Positions 36,860-46,509 of a stretch of 64,000 bases of DNA are shown piece by piece. The notes below the pieces were generated by a model. That model saw only the letters and a list, made by a program, of their open reading frames with translations. It did no database searches and was not told where the DNA came from. This DNA is from an uncultured Candidatus Saccharibacteria bacterium (lineage in GTDB: Bacteria > Patescibacteriota > Minisyncoccia > Phycocordibacterales > UBA12088): the NCBI GenBank assembly GCA_964531785.1, contig CAZHFF010000002.1, forward strand, positions 93,851-157,850, read 5' to 3'. Numbering within the stretch: the stretch's first letter is position 1; every line of letters starts with the position of its first letter. The translations under genes were made by a program, and so were the position numbers.

Positions 36860-37705
36860 CTAATGGCAAAGTGTTTCGTTCGCGAGTGCGATGCTCTGGA
36901 GGGTATATGCACGCAAGCGCCGTGCCTGTTCTTCAGAAAGCACCTCACAGGGTGTGTCCCAGTGCATCGTGATGACCTGGCCGGGTCTAAGCATATCGAT
37001 GTCGTAGTCTGCGTCGAGCTGCCGCATGATCGACTTAGCTTCCGGGTTCCCAAGCGCAAGCCTACCCGCCTGTTCGGTAAGCGGTTCGTAGCGGACGGTT
37101 ATCTTCGGACCCGCTACCGCGGTAACGGTACCCCAGCTGATGCGACACGCGTCCTTGAACGCAACGCCGCTTTCGACCTCCTGATGGCCCATCCGTTTGG
37201 GTACATTGAGCACGTGGAAGTTGTGGTTCGCACGGATGCCGTGACCGACGCGCTCTTCAAGCAAGCGCCAGGTCCGCCAATTCATGCGGTCCTTGAGCCG
37301 CATCACGTCAACGTAGTGTCGGTGCAGCGTGGGCTTATCTATACGGTCGAGCAGCGCATTGCCAATCCAGTACGCATCAACGACGCGCTCGTCGAACGGA
37401 TCGCGGATGCCGCTCGCTATTGCGATCCGTTCGAGGTACGGGTAGAGCACCTCGAAACCCTTGAGGAGCTTGATCAACCCAAAGTCCGTAAAACCGTCGT
37501 TCAGGTACTCCGTCATTTCCCGATTCGCATCCGGTCCGCAGTACATGAGCCGATTCGGCCCGAACGCATACCGTGAACACCGGAGGACACCGTTAAGCGT
37601 GTGTGCGGTGGCTCCCCCGTATCCGTCCTGTACTTCCTTTTGTTCGTTCACCCGCATGTCGGTATTGTAACAAAAACGCCCAAAGCGGGCTTCATGTGAC
37701 AGCAT
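36860..37705 (-). CDS. hypothetical protein, paralog 1 (longest): YAFGPN..YCGPD N-domain + HypC-like C-terminal domain
   Basis: Contains LYPYL, ERVVDAYWIGNA, DAC(187)RISWGTVTAV and ...LRPGQVITMHWDTPCEVLSEEQARRL. Alternative start at 37657 with TACAAT 6 nt upstream. Confidence 0.6.
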   Translation of the reverse strand: MLSHEARFGRFCYNTDMRVNEQKEVQDGYGGATAHTLNGVLRCSRYAFGPNRLMYCGPDANREMTEYLNDGFTDFGLIKLLKGFEVLYPYLERIAIASGIRDPFDERVVDAYWIGNALLDRIDKPTLHRHYVDVMRLKDRMNWRTWRLLEERVGHGIRANHNFHVLNVPKRMGHQEVESGVAFKDACRISWGTVTAVAGPKITVRYEPLTEQAGRLALGNPEAKSIMRQLDADYDIDMLRPGQVITMHWDTPCEVLSEEQARRLRAYTLQSIALANETLCH

Positions 37706-37717
37706 GCTGCACGAACG

Positions 37718-38653
37718 CTACGACACCGCCAGACTTGGTGAACGTACGGCACGGGAGATGCCGGCGATCAGGATGACCGTTCCGATCACGAACAGGTAAC
37801 CCGCGAATACTTGGGGTACCGTAAGGGTGTGGGTGACGAAGAGGGCAGATAGGAGGGTGGTGATGAGGGTCGACGGCACCAAGAGCGCGGCGACGTACGA
37901 TGCGGGAGCCCGTTTTAGGGCGGCGTACCAGGTCGTCACATAGCCGAGGAGGAACGCTGCGGTGAGGAGCGTCCAGAGGAAGCTCTCCAGGGTGAGTGAT
38001 CCTAGACCCGCTATACGGCCCGTAGCGGCGAGGAATATGAACAGGAACGTGGACCCGAGCATCATGCGTGCGCCGGCGACGGTAAGGCTCGACAGCTCCG
38101 CGAGCGCTCGTTTCGCCAGGATGTTTTCTGCCGCCCAGAACAGGGTCGCGGTAAGGACGAGCAGTTCGCCGAGCGATCCCTCGAAACCCGTGAAGCCGCC
38201 CAACAAGAGGTTTGCGCCGAACAGTGCAGCGACCGCGAGCCACTGGAGGAGTGAGAACCGTTCGCGCAGGAACACCATGGCCAAGAGGGCGACCCACACG
38301 AACAGAGTCTTGTGTATCAGGGCGCCTGTTGCGGCAGGCATCATCGCGAGTCCGGTGAAGAAGAGCGCGAACGGGATAGCACCGCCGACAAGCCCGATGA
38401 GCGACAGTTGGCCCAGTTGGCGCCTGGTGAGCGAACGCACCTCGCGGTGCCTGCCCATGAGCACGATGAGCCCGGTAAGGAGCACGCCGACGATCGCGTT
38501 CTTAAAGCCGCTGAAGAGTACCGGGTCGGATACAGTCGAGACAGCGAACTTGTTCACAAAGAGCGACACGCCTGATATGCATGCGGTCGAGAGGGCAAGG
38601 ACCGTGCCGGTCCTGAGCGTTGTTCCGAAGAGAAATGCGCGCGCCTGTTCCAT
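37718..38653 (-). CDS. EamA/DMT-family transporter
   Basis: 10-TM pattern with two EamA-like halves. TAGAAT lies 6 nt upstream of the ATG. Confidence 0.85.
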   Translation of the reverse strand: MEQARAFLFGTTLRTGTVLALSTACISGVSLFVNKFAVSTVSDPVLFSGFKNAIVGVLLTGLIVLMGRHREVRSLTRRQLGQLSLIGLVGGAIPFALFFTGLAMMPAATGALIHKTLFVWVALLAMVFLRERFSLLQWLAVAALFGANLLLGGFTGFEGSLGELLVLTATLFWAAENILAKRALAELSSLTVAGARMMLGSTFLFIFLAATGRIAGLGSLTLESFLWTLLTAAFLLGYVTTWYAALKRAPASYVAALLVPSTLITTLLSALFVTHTLTVPQVFAGYLFVIGTVILIAGISRAVRSPSLAVS

Positions 38654-38723
38654 GTGCCTATTCTACGCTATCAAAGCGGTGCGCGAACTATGCGTATCCC
38701 CATGTGCCCCGTATACTACAGAC

Positions 38724-40088
38724 ATGCCCAGAACGTCGAAAAAGCGCACGAAGGTTCCGGTCCAGGCCATACAGCGTGGCCTTACGCGCTCGCTCGTGGA
38801 GCACATTTCAGCAACGAAGTGCGAGCCGGAGTGGATGAAAGAGAAGCGACTCAAGGCATACGACCTCTATCAAACGAAAACCTTACCCAAATGGGGTCCC
38901 GATCTTTCCGGGCTTGACCTTACGAACCTGGTCTACTATATCGACCCGGAGGTCATGGAAACGACAAGGTGGGACGAGCTCCCCACCGACATCGTCGAGA
39001 CCTTCGACAAGCTCGGCATACCTAAAGCAGAGCAGGAATACCTGGGCGGTGTGGGTGCTCAGTACGACTCGGGTATGGTGTACCACAAGCTCAAGGAGGA
39101 ACTGAGCAAGGAAGGTGTCATTTTTGAGAATATGGACGTTGCGGTACAGAAGTACCCCGACATCGTCAAGCAGTATTTTATGGAACAGTGTGTGCCAATC
39201 CATGATCATATCTTTGTTTCGCTCCATGCGGCTGTCTGGAGCGGAGGAACGTTCATTTACATACCAAAAGGGGTGAAAGTAGTACAACCGCTCCAAGCGT
39301 ATTTCCGTATGAACCGGAGTGCCTCCGGTCAGTTCGAGCACACGCTTATCATCGCGGATGAGGGCAGTGAGGTAACCTACATAGAAGGATGCAGTGCGCC
39401 CCGGTACAATGCCTCATCGCTCCACGCCGGGTGTGTGGAACTTTTCATCCACAAGGGCGCAAAGATGAAGTACATCAGCGTCGAGAACTGGTCGCTCAAT
39501 ACCTATAACTTGAACACCAAGCGCGCGCTCGTATATGAACAAGGCGAGATACAGTGGATAGGGGGCAATATGGGCAGTGGCGTCACCATGCTCTATCCCT
39601 CCTCGGTCCTTATCGGTGAGGGTGCAAAGAGCGATAACCTGGGCCTCGTGTTCGCCGGCAAAGGGCAGGTACAGGATACTGGCGCGAAGGCCATTCACCT
39701 TGCACCGAACACGACCTCGACCATACGCTCGAAGTCCGTATCCAAAGACGGCGGCATAGCGAACTATCGCGGGCTCATCAAGGTGGGGCGCAGTGCGAAA
39801 GGCGCCTCAGCGTCGCTCGTCTGCGATTCGCTCCTCATGGATTCCGAGAGTGCGGCGAACACGTATCCTGCCGTTGAGAATCGACAGGAAGATGTGCAAA
39901 TAAGCCACGAAGCGACCATTGGCCGTATCGGCGACGAAGAGCTGTTCTACCTCATGAGCCGCGGTCTTTCGCGTGATGACGCGGTCCGTATGGTCGTGCA
40001 AGGGTTTGTCGACCCGATCACCCGAGCGCTCCCGCTAGAGTATGCAGTGGAGTTCAATCGGCTTGTCGAATTAGAGATGGGAGGGTAA
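38724..40088 (+). CDS. sufB: Fe-S cluster assembly scaffold SufB
   Basis: Typical SufB beta-helix sequence (...FIYIPKGVKV..., ...HTLIIADEGSEVTYIEGCSAP..., ...HEATIGRIGDEELFYLMSRGL...). The ORF 5' of 38724 is antisense to EamA. Confidence 0.93.
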   Translation: MPRTSKKRTKVPVQAIQRGLTRSLVEHISATKCEPEWMKEKRLKAYDLYQTKTLPKWGPDLSGLDLTNLVYYIDPEVMETTRWDELPTDIVETFDKLGIPKAEQEYLGGVGAQYDSGMVYHKLKEELSKEGVIFENMDVAVQKYPDIVKQYFMEQCVPIHDHIFVSLHAAVWSGGTFIYIPKGVKVVQPLQAYFRMNRSASGQFEHTLIIADEGSEVTYIEGCSAPRYNASSLHAGCVELFIHKGAKMKYISVENWSLNTYNLNTKRALVYEQGEIQWIGGNMGSGVTMLYPSSVLIGEGAKSDNLGLVFAGKGQVQDTGAKAIHLAPNTTSTIRSKSVSKDGGIANYRGLIKVGRSAKGASASLVCDSLLMDSESAANTYPAVENRQEDVQISHEATIGRIGDEELFYLMSRGLSRDDAVRMVVQGFVDPITRALPLEYAVEFNRLVELEMGG

Positions 40089-40182
40089 GTTCTTTGTAGA
40101 AAGTAGAAAGACTACGAGAACGTAAAGTAAAACCCGCCCTTGTGATGGGGGCGGGGCGGTGCAAGCACATGACCGATGTTTG

Positions 40183-40449
40183 TTATTGCGGGAAGAGTCG
40201 ACGCATCGCGGCTCCGCCGTCATTCGACATGGGGACATGGCCTTCCTTTTTGAACCCACCTGTAATTTCAAATGTGCCGGGTTTTACCCACGGCTTGCCC
40301 TCTTCATCATAGACCACAGTAACGCCGTTATTGGTGTTCCAGGTCAAGGGAGCGCCGCGGTCGATATTGTAATTGAGACCCCCAATACTTTCGGGCAGGT
40401 CCAGTACTTTAATAAATCCAGCTGCGCGCAAGCTTTCCGATGCTAGCAT
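40183..40449 (-). CDS. small hypothetical protein (88 aa)
   Basis: GGAG lies 8 nt upstream of the ATG. AT-richer islet. A terminator is shared with sufB. Confidence 0.45.
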   Translation of the reverse strand: MLASESLRAAGFIKVLDLPESIGGLNYNIDRGAPLTWNTNNGVTVVYDEEGKPWVKPGTFEITGGFKKEGHVPMSNDGGAAMRRLFPQ

Positions 40450-40508
40450 TGTCGGTACTCCATTCGAGGGTGCGGTGCATCATTCAATTTGAATAATGTC
40501 ACTAATAT

Positions 40509-40524
40509 ATATTGACGTCAATAT
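40509..40524. promoter_or_regulatory. 16-bp perfect palindrome (candidate operator / -35 region)
   Basis: ATATTGACGTCAATAT, 60-75 bp upstream of the 40449 start. A second inverted repeat ATTCAA-t-TTGAAT lies at 40482-40494. Confidence 0.4.
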
Positions 40525-40626
40525 GCCACAATGGTGGGTGACGGAGAAGCGTTTGTTCTTATAGGTGAGCACGGCACAGCAACAAATGTACACGTCCAAA
40601 CCATGTTGTGGAAGCTATAAGTGGAA

Positions 40627-40655
40627 CAGTCCTGTCTCTGGAAGAGACAGGACTG
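40627..40655 (-). terminator. 12-bp perfect-stem hairpin after the WG-repeat gene
   Basis: cagtcctgtctc-tggaa-gagacaggactg. Confidence 0.5.
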
Positions 40656-40674
40656 GGCGGTACATATGTACCAA

Positions 40675-41001
40675 TCAGTCGACGCGGCTGCCGTCAGGAC
40701 GGATGTAGAACTCCACACCATCTTTTTCGGCCAATGCTAGGCCTTTAGAAAAGTCGCTGACCGCATCGAACCGTTCTGCATACGCAGGGGAGCCGTCGTG
40801 ACAGATATGGAACTCCTCGCCATCCTTCATGACCCATGCCAAGTCTCCTTCTTCGAAGGGGGCGACCATATCGTATCGCTCCTGGTATGCAGGGGAGCCG
40901 TCTGGAAGGATATGGAACTCCTGGCCGTTTTTTCTGACACACGCAAAGCCGTCATGACAGTCGACGACCAGATCATATTTAACCTTACCTACTTTCGGCA
41001 T
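40675..41001 (-). CDS. WG-repeat-like small protein
   Basis: Three repeats of F..V.K.G.EF.I..DGSPAY.ERFD.V..F..G.A. AAAGGAGAA Shine-Dalgarno. Confidence 0.6.
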   Translation of the reverse strand: MPKVGKVKYDLVVDCHDGFACVRKNGQEFHILPDGSPAYQERYDMVAPFEEGDLAWVMKDGEEFHICHDGSPAYAERFDAVSDFSKGLALAEKDGVEFYIRPDGSRVD

Positions 41002-41157
41002 ACGATTCTCCTTTGGCTACGCTATTTGCAGCTGTTACGGAAGATAAATTTCCTCCAGTTCGGGCTATACGCTCTTGGACTGTTATAGATTAGATTATGA
41101 TATGCGTCAATACTCACCGTGGCAGTGCACTACCCCCTCTTCCTGTACCATGGAGGA

Positions 41158-42426
41158 ATGGCTGAAGGTACACAGGCACTCTCGATTCCGCACTCCGACT
41201 TCCCATCACTAAAGCGTGAACAGGTGTATCTCGATACTGCTGCCACGTCGCTTACGCCGGAGCCTGTGTTGCGTTCGATGGAGGAGTACTATCGCGAATA
41301 CCGAGCAAGTACGCATCGGGGACTCTATGCGAGTGCAGAGCGGGCAACTGAGGCTTACGAAAAAGCGCGCGCTGATGTGGCTCTGTTTATCTCACACCCC
41401 GTCCAGAATAACAGACGTAGCACAACTCTACGACCGTTCCGTTGTGCTACTGCCGATGAAATCGTGTTCACCAGTGGTGCTACCTCGGCATCGAACATGC
41501 TCATCTATATGCTCGAGCACTCGCTTGATCTTGTTGCGGGGGACGAGATCGTGACGACCGTGATGGAGCACCATGCTTCGCTTATACCGCTCCAGGAGCT
41601 TGCGAAGCGCAAGGGTCTAGTCCTCAAGCACATACCCCTCGATGGCATATGCTTCGACTACAAGAACGCAGAAACGCTGATCACTGAACGTACCAAAGTA
41701 GTATCGGTACTCCTTGCTAGTAATGTCCTCGGCACGGTCAATGATGTAGCGCGTATCGCAAAAAAAGCTCATGCGGTTGGTGCGGTCATGGTCGTCGACG
41801 GTACAGCGGCAGTTGGTCATATGCCGGTCAATGTTCGCGAGCTCGACTGCGACTTCTTATACTTCTCGGGACACAAGATGTGCGGGCCGACCGGCATCGG
41901 TGTGCTCTATGGGAAACGAGCTATGCTCGAAACGTTGAAACCGGGCATGTATGGAGGTGGTATCGTTGATGCGGTCACGCTCGAGACCGCACGGTACACC
42001 GACATTCCTCAGCGTTTTGAGCCGGGCACCCCGAACATAGCAGGTGTGATAGGGCTCGGTGCTGCGGTCGAGTACCTGAGCACTATTGGCGTTGACCATA
42101 TCCGCGAACACGCTAGGGAATTGACGTCGTATGCACAAAAAACACTTGGTGCACTGCACGGCGTTACGATGCACAGCGCGCCACCGGAACACAACATCGG
42201 TATCGTATCCTTCACCCTAGAGGGGGTCCATCCGCACGATATCGCACAAGTCTGCGCCGATCGTGGTGTCGCGATACGGGCGGGGCACCACTGTGCGATG
42301 CCGCTCCACGCTGAGCTTGGTGTGTCTGCTACCGCTCGAGCTAGCTTTTATCTGTACAACATAAAAGACGATGTGGACGCACTGGCACTGTCTGTTAGCG
42401 CTGCACTGAACGTGTTCCGGACGTAG
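41158..42426 (+). CDS. sufS: cysteine desulfurase SufS (class V aminotransferase)
   Basis: YLDTAATS, FSGHKMCGPTGIG and RAGHHCA motifs. TACCAT lies 6 nt upstream of the ATG. Contains a 16-aa lineage-specific insertion. Confidence 0.9.
   Translation: MAEGTQALSIPHSDFPSLKREQVYLDTAATSLTPEPVLRSMEEYYREYRASTHRGLYASAERATEAYEKARADVALFISHPVQNNRRSTTLRPFRCATADEIVFTSGATSASNMLIYMLEHSLDLVAGDEIVTTVMEHHASLIPLQELAKRKGLVLKHIPLDGICFDYKNAETLITERTKVVSVLLASNVLGTVNDVARIAKKAHAVGAVMVVDGTAAVGHMPVNVRELDCDFLYFSGHKMCGPTGIGVLYGKRAMLETLKPGMYGGGIVDAVTLETARYTDIPQRFEPGTPNIAGVIGLGAAVEYLSTIGVDHIREHARELTSYAQKTLGALHGVTMHSAPPEHNIGIVSFTLEGVHPHDIAQVCADRGVAIRAGHHCAMPLHAELGVSATARASFYLYNIKDDVDALALSVSAALNVFRT
41417..41450 (+). repeat. 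10-bp perfect inverted repeat inside sufS
   Basis: gtagcacaac - 14 nt - gttgtgctac. Lies within the extra HPVQNNRRSTTLRPFRCAT segment. Confidence 0.8.
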
Positions 42427-42458
42427 AAACCCCGCTGCGCGAGCAGCGGGGGTAGAGG

Positions 42459-43808
42459 TTACCAGTATTGACCATCGGTACATGCACTGCAGTAGAGGTC
42501 CGGCTCCTGTACGGCTTCTCGAAGCTCTGCCTGGGGCAGAAAGGTAAGGGAATCAGCCCCGACATGAGCGCGCATTTCTTCTATCGAGCGTGACGCAGCG
42601 AGGAGTTCTTCCTCCGTTGGGGTGTATATCCCGTAGAAGCACTGGTGCGTAAATGGTGGGCTGCCCACCGCGACGTGTACCTCTACAGCGCCGCACCAGC
42701 GTAGCACGTCGACTATCCCCGGCATGGTTGTGCCGCGCACGATCGAGTCGTCGATAACAAGGACCACCTTGCCCCGCACCGCGCTTTGGTTGACGTTGAA
42801 CTTCCGTGCGACCTTAGTGCACCGTATGTTCTGGTTGCCCGCGGTGAATGTCCGCGCTGCGCTCGTTCTATCCAGGTTGCGTGAAAGGACGGCATAGAAT
42901 CGTCCCCACTGCGTTGCTTCTGCGTAGCCGACCGCGATCGGTATGCTGCTTAGCGGCACCGGTACCACAAGATGGGGTCGCTCGATGGCGCACACGCGGG
43001 CGAGTCTCCGCCCGATGTCCATGCGCACCTCGCTCACGCTCTTACCGAACACCACGCTCTCAGCTTTGGCAAAGTAGACGTGCTCAAAGATGCACCGCCT
43101 CTCAGTTGGTTCAGCGAATCGGGTAACGCGGCATCCGTTCGCGTCGATCGTGACCATGGTGCCCGGTTCAACATCCATGACGTGCGCTGCACGCAAGCTC
43201 GGGAACACACAGTCTTCTGAGGCGACGCAGTACCCATCGCCGACCTTTCCAATGGAAAGCGGTCGACAACCGCTCTTGTCACGCACAGCGATCAGCCGGT
43301 CTGGTAGTAGAATGACCAGCGTGACGCTTCCTTCAAGCAGCGAGAGGACGTGAGCAAGATCTTGTTCGATATGTCCAGTCTCATAAAGCTCGAGGAGGCG
43401 CAGGACATACTCGGTGTCCATGGATGTGGTGCGCGTCACGCCCGTAAGGAGTGTATCCAGATACTCAAGGTTCGTGATGTTGCCGTTATGCGCGACGGCG
43501 ATAGCCTGGTTGCTGTACCTCCCCAAGATCGGCTGGATCGTGCTCAGGGTCTCACGTGACGCGCTCTCCCCAAGCGAACTAGTAGGGTATCGCGCATGTA
43601 CGATACCGGTCTCGCCGGGGAGTAGTGCTAGTTTTTGCTCTGGAAGCACCTGATACACGGTGCCGTGACCACCCTCCACATAGAACCGATTTCCGTCCGT
43701 CGTGACGATCCCAACGCCATCGCCGCCTCGGTGCTGCAGACCATGCAGACCGAGCGTTAGCAGCGTTGCGGCATCGCGCACCCCAAAGAGTCCCAGTATT
43801 CCGCACAT
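42459..43808 (-). CDS. purF: amidophosphoribosyltransferase (Fe-S type)
   Basis: N-terminal MCGILGLFG, PRPP loop VVLVIDDSIVRGTT and C-terminal CSAC. Confidence 0.93.
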   Translation of the reverse strand: MCGILGLFGVRDAATLLTLGLHGLQHRGGDGVGIVTTDGNRFYVEGGHGTVYQVLPEQKLALLPGETGIVHARYPTSSLGESASRETLSTIQPILGRYSNQAIAVAHNGNITNLEYLDTLLTGVTRTTSMDTEYVLRLLELYETGHIEQDLAHVLSLLEGSVTLVILLPDRLIAVRDKSGCRPLSIGKVGDGYCVASEDCVFPSLRAAHVMDVEPGTMVTIDANGCRVTRFAEPTERRCIFEHVYFAKAESVVFGKSVSEVRMDIGRRLARVCAIERPHLVVPVPLSSIPIAVGYAEATQWGRFYAVLSRNLDRTSAARTFTAGNQNIRCTKVARKFNVNQSAVRGKVVLVIDDSIVRGTTMPGIVDVLRWCGAVEVHVAVGSPPFTHQCFYGIYTPTEEELLAASRSIEEMRAHVGADSLTFLPQAELREAVQEPDLYCSACTDGQYW

Positions 43809-43993
43809 AGCTGTTCCTTTCGGCCTGACCGTGCTGATCTGTATATGATCTGGCCTGAGTATATACGGATGCGGCGTGCTGTGCCATACAAAGCGCGGTG
43901 GTGGCTTCCATGGTCAGTGGCGAACAATCGCGTAGAATAGGAATGGAGCAGAACGACGTTCCGAAACGTTCGAGCTTGAGCTAAGCTGCAAGT

Positions 43994-44359
43994 ATGTCCG
44001 ATCTGTACCGACAACATATTCTCGACCACTACAAGCGTCCACGGAACTTCGAGGTGCCAGAGTGCAATGGCCGATGCGCGCGAGGAAGTAACCCGAGCTG
44101 TGGCGATACCCTCGAGCTTTGCATTGTTATCGACGATAATTTCGTCAAAAAAGCAACCTTTCAGGGCTCGGGGTGCGCGATCTCGGTCGCCGCAGCGTCG
44201 CTCCTTAGCGAGCAGCTACGCGGCATGACGCTCGACACTGCCAAAGCGCTCGCTCCAGCCGATGTCTACCGTTTGCTCGGTATCGAGGTGGGGCCGGGCA
44301 GGGAGAAGTGTGCGCTCCTGTGTCTTCGAGCGCTTCACGATATACTCAAGCAACGATGA
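43994..44359 (+). CDS. sufU: SUF-type Fe-S scaffold SufU/IscU-like
   Basis: NPSCGD, GSGCAIS and C-terminal CALLCL motifs. Confidence 0.88.
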   Translation: MSDLYRQHILDHYKRPRNFEVPECNGRCARGSNPSCGDTLELCIVIDDNFVKKATFQGSGCAISVAAASLLSEQLRGMTLDTAKALAPADVYRLLGIEVGPGREKCALLCLRALHDILKQR

Positions 44360-45030
44360 GCCTCTCACTTTCAGATGTCTCTGTCCGCGTAGCCGAGCGC
44401 ACGGTGCTCGAGTCCGTGTTCCTGGAGCTCGCACGCGGTACCGTGGCGGTCCTCACCGGGAGCAATGGCTCAGGCAAGAGCTCGCTCGCGAACGCGCTCA
44501 TGGGGCACCCGAACTACAGCGTCGCACGCGGTACCGTTCAGCTTGACGGGGAGGACATCACCTTGTATCCGCCTGATAAAAAAGCGCGTAAGGGACTCTT
44601 TCTCTCCCAGCAGCACACGCCGAGGATCGGCGGAGTCACGTTGGCTACGTTCCTCCACAAGGCATACGAGACCGTCCACTGTCGTGAGGTCCCTGCACTC
44701 GAGGCGTACCTATCGCAGAAGAAGATAGCGGCGTCGCTCGGTCTGGACGAGTCGCTCCTTGACCGACCCCTCACCGCAACACTATCCGGTGGTGAGCGCA
44801 AGCAGTCCGAGGTCCTCCAGCTCGCGGTGCTGACCCCCAAGTACGCGATCCTTGATGAGATAGATTCCGGCGTCGACCGTGACGCGCTCACCCGTGTGTT
44901 CCGTGCCATTCAGGAGCTTAGGAGCCAGGGAACCGGCATCATCATCATATCGCACCACCCCGACGCCGTACGGTATGCGCAGCCGGACATGGTGTATACG
45001 GTAGAAGGGAAGACCATCCGGATCACATGA
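44356..45030 (+). CDS. sufC: Fe-S assembly ATPase SufC
   Basis: GSNGSGKSSL, LSGGERKQSE and ILDEIDSGVD motifs. ATGA overlap with the sufU stop. Confidence 0.92.
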   Translation: MSLSLSDVSVRVAERTVLESVFLELARGTVAVLTGSNGSGKSSLANALMGHPNYSVARGTVQLDGEDITLYPPDKKARKGLFLSQQHTPRIGGVTLATFLHKAYETVHCREVPALEAYLSQKKIAASLGLDESLLDRPLTATLSGGERKQSEVLQLAVLTPKYAILDEIDSGVDRDALTRVFRAIQELRSQGTGIIIISHHPDAVRYAQPDMVYTVEGKTIRIT

Positions 45031-45093
45031 GGCACAGGAACAGGTGATCGAGCCTAGTGGACAAACAGGGTATATGTTGTTGAGAAAAGACGC

Positions 45094-45121
45094 TCGTTTT
45101 TTCTTGACAGTTCGGCCAGCT
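45094..45121 (+). promoter_or_regulatory. near-consensus promoter upstream of tuf
   Basis: TTGACA - 16 nt - TAGTAT; about 160-nt leader to tuf. Confidence 0.55.
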
Positions 45122-45284
45122 GCGGTAGTATAGCCACACCGCTAATAGCGCGTATTTTTTCTTTGTACCGACAGCGGTCAGTACAAGCGCGCTAGGGCTT
45201 ATTAGAGCGCACCTTCCGAGGCTGAGGCCATGTTCTCGCGCCTTCACCTTCGTAAGGAGCGCACAACCATTAAGTATTATCATC

Positions 45285-46487
<1,203 letters not shown>

Positions 46488-46509
46488 GCACCTCATTTTA
46501 CCCACCACC

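Noticed and set aside
36014-37576. 520-aa plus-strand ORF
   Set aside because: Arg/His/Val-rich low-information sequence that runs antisense across three better-looking minus-strand genes. This is the typical high-GC shadow ORF.
37962-38723. 5' 254 codons of the 708-aa ORF containing sufB
   Set aside because: This part is antisense to the EamA transporter gene and has Ser/Arg/Pro-rich junk composition. SufB homology begins at Met 38724, which has a -10 box 6 nt upstream.
45031-45284. tRNA genes upstream of tuf (common in other bacteria)
   Set aside because: No cloverleaf-compatible sequence or GTTCRANYC T-loop was seen. The region reads as a promoter plus a long leader.
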